64,000 nucleotides of DNA from Botryllus schlosseri (Eukaryota): NCBI GenBank assembly GCA_051294905.1, contig CM119378.1:24490001-24554000 (forward strand), in the 5' to 3' direction. Positions 62,701 to 64,000 of this stretch are shown here, piece by piece (the stretch's first letter is position 1; each line of letters starts with the position of its first letter). Made by a program: the position numbers and the translations under genes. The notes under the pieces were generated by a model. That model did not search any database. It was not told where the DNA came from and was given only the letters and a program-made list of their open reading frames with translations.

Positions 62701-63955
62701 AAATAATTGTCTGATGCTCCGCTATCCAACAATCCATCAAACTTCTTTCGCTTGATAGCAATGATCACCGCCGCTTTCGAAAGTGAGACAGGAATTGAAG
62801 CAATCATGGCTGCTAACTCATCGGACTCTTCGTCGGATTGAACAGAATTCAAGCACATCTTGTCAAAGTGCCCTTTTTCGCCACAGTTGAAGCAGACAGC
62901 ATTCCTTGCTGGACATTTCCAGACTCGCCCGTGTCGGTTTCCACAACTAGAACATTTCTTCGCTTTCGACACGGGGTTGCGATTCCCACTTCTCCGCGAC
63001 ACGGCTAAAGAATGTCCATCAGAGTCCTCTTCGTATCGTGACTGCGACTTGGAGGGTGTGGCCTGACTAACCTTCTGGCCTTCATCGACTTCGATGGAAG
63101 CTGCCGCCTGAGGATTCATGTATATCGCCGAACACTTCTGCGCTCTCTCCAGGGAATCTGCAACTTGAACAGCTTTATCAAGAGTCAGCTGATCGAATTC
63201 CAGCAAACGCAATCGTATCGCATTGGACGACAAGCCAGCAATTAACGCATCTCTGATAGATTGTTTACGGTGATCCTCAGCTGACACAGCCTCGAACCTG
63301 CAATTCTTCGCAAGGGACATCAGTCTTTGCGAAAACTCCATGACGTTTTCTCCTGGCTGCTGAGTGCTCGTCGAGAGCGTATGTCGAGCATATATGATAT
63401 TTCTCTTCATCAAATACAGTCCCTCTAGGACTTCGATCGCTTTTTCAAAATTTTCGGCGTCGCACACATACGAGTAAACTTCGGGGGCTAGGTAACCATT
63501 CATTATTCCTCGCTTGTCCAACTGTGGACCTTGCTCAGAGCCGGGCGTAGACGAGGTTGACGCCGAAGACTGACGACGGCGATCGTCCGCGGCTTTGATA
63601 AAACTAACAAGCATATCTTTCCAATGCTTGAATACCAGTTCAGTTCCCGGAGCACTCGGCAAAACTTTTAGAGTAGGAACATGATACAATCTCTCTTCGG
63701 CAGACGCCATCTGTTTCTTACGTCTATACGCTCAGTCGGAATTTGTTAATAAAATTGTGATGAACCAGACCAATGAACTATGGTAGGCTTTTATTAACAA
63801 TATCCCGACTAGCGCCGACACCATAAACTAGCGATCCACACTAGGTAAAGTCAGATGCAGAAATGAATGATTACTGCGCTGGCAGCACCATGATCGTTCG
63901 TGGGGCATGACAGCGCTCACGTGATACGCTATAGCGAATCCGGCAAAACACGTCA
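59733..63955 (-). mobile_element. Full-length young Ty3/Gypsy LTR retrotransposon (4.2 kb) with frameshifts
   Basis: LTRs 59733-59933 and 63756-63955 (TG..CA, 1 substitution + 1 indel). TSD CAGAA. PPT agagggggagat. gag with CFNCGEKGHFDKMC, protease LLDSGAS, RT YLDD, RNase H ETDAS, integrase HHCC + VDFKGP/SDRS/CERVN. Confidence 0.97.
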
Positions 63956-64000
63956 CAGAACATGGGTGAAAGGGGTGAGAAGCAATGAGTTTCACAAACT

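Overview
Eukaryotic, most likely invertebrate metazoan, genomic DNA. It is very rich in transposable elements and contains one convincing host gene: a minus-strand flavin amine oxidase of the spermine/polyamine oxidase type, with exons 41126-40921 and 37485-36265. The rest is nested TEs. These include about 15 hAT elements and MITEs (many with 8-bp TSDs), a P element with a 7-bp TSD, Kolobok-like, THAP and SWIM transposase remnants, and one full-length young Ty3/Gypsy (59733-63955, 5-bp TSD). There are also several degenerate Gypsy copies, R2-like and CR1/L2-like LINE fragments, and tRNA-derived SINEs. Three observations stand out. (1) Two different Gypsy elements lack a tRNA primer-binding site; the sequence at that position is instead complementary to their own LTR, in the geometry of Tf1-type self-priming. 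(2) One MITE family sits, apparently by independent insertions, inside three different Buster/Charlie-type hAT hosts. (3) A mini-intron Ulp1-protease plus PHD gene is present and is probably transposon-borne. All calls come from manual reading; no database searches were run and boundaries without TSDs are approximate.
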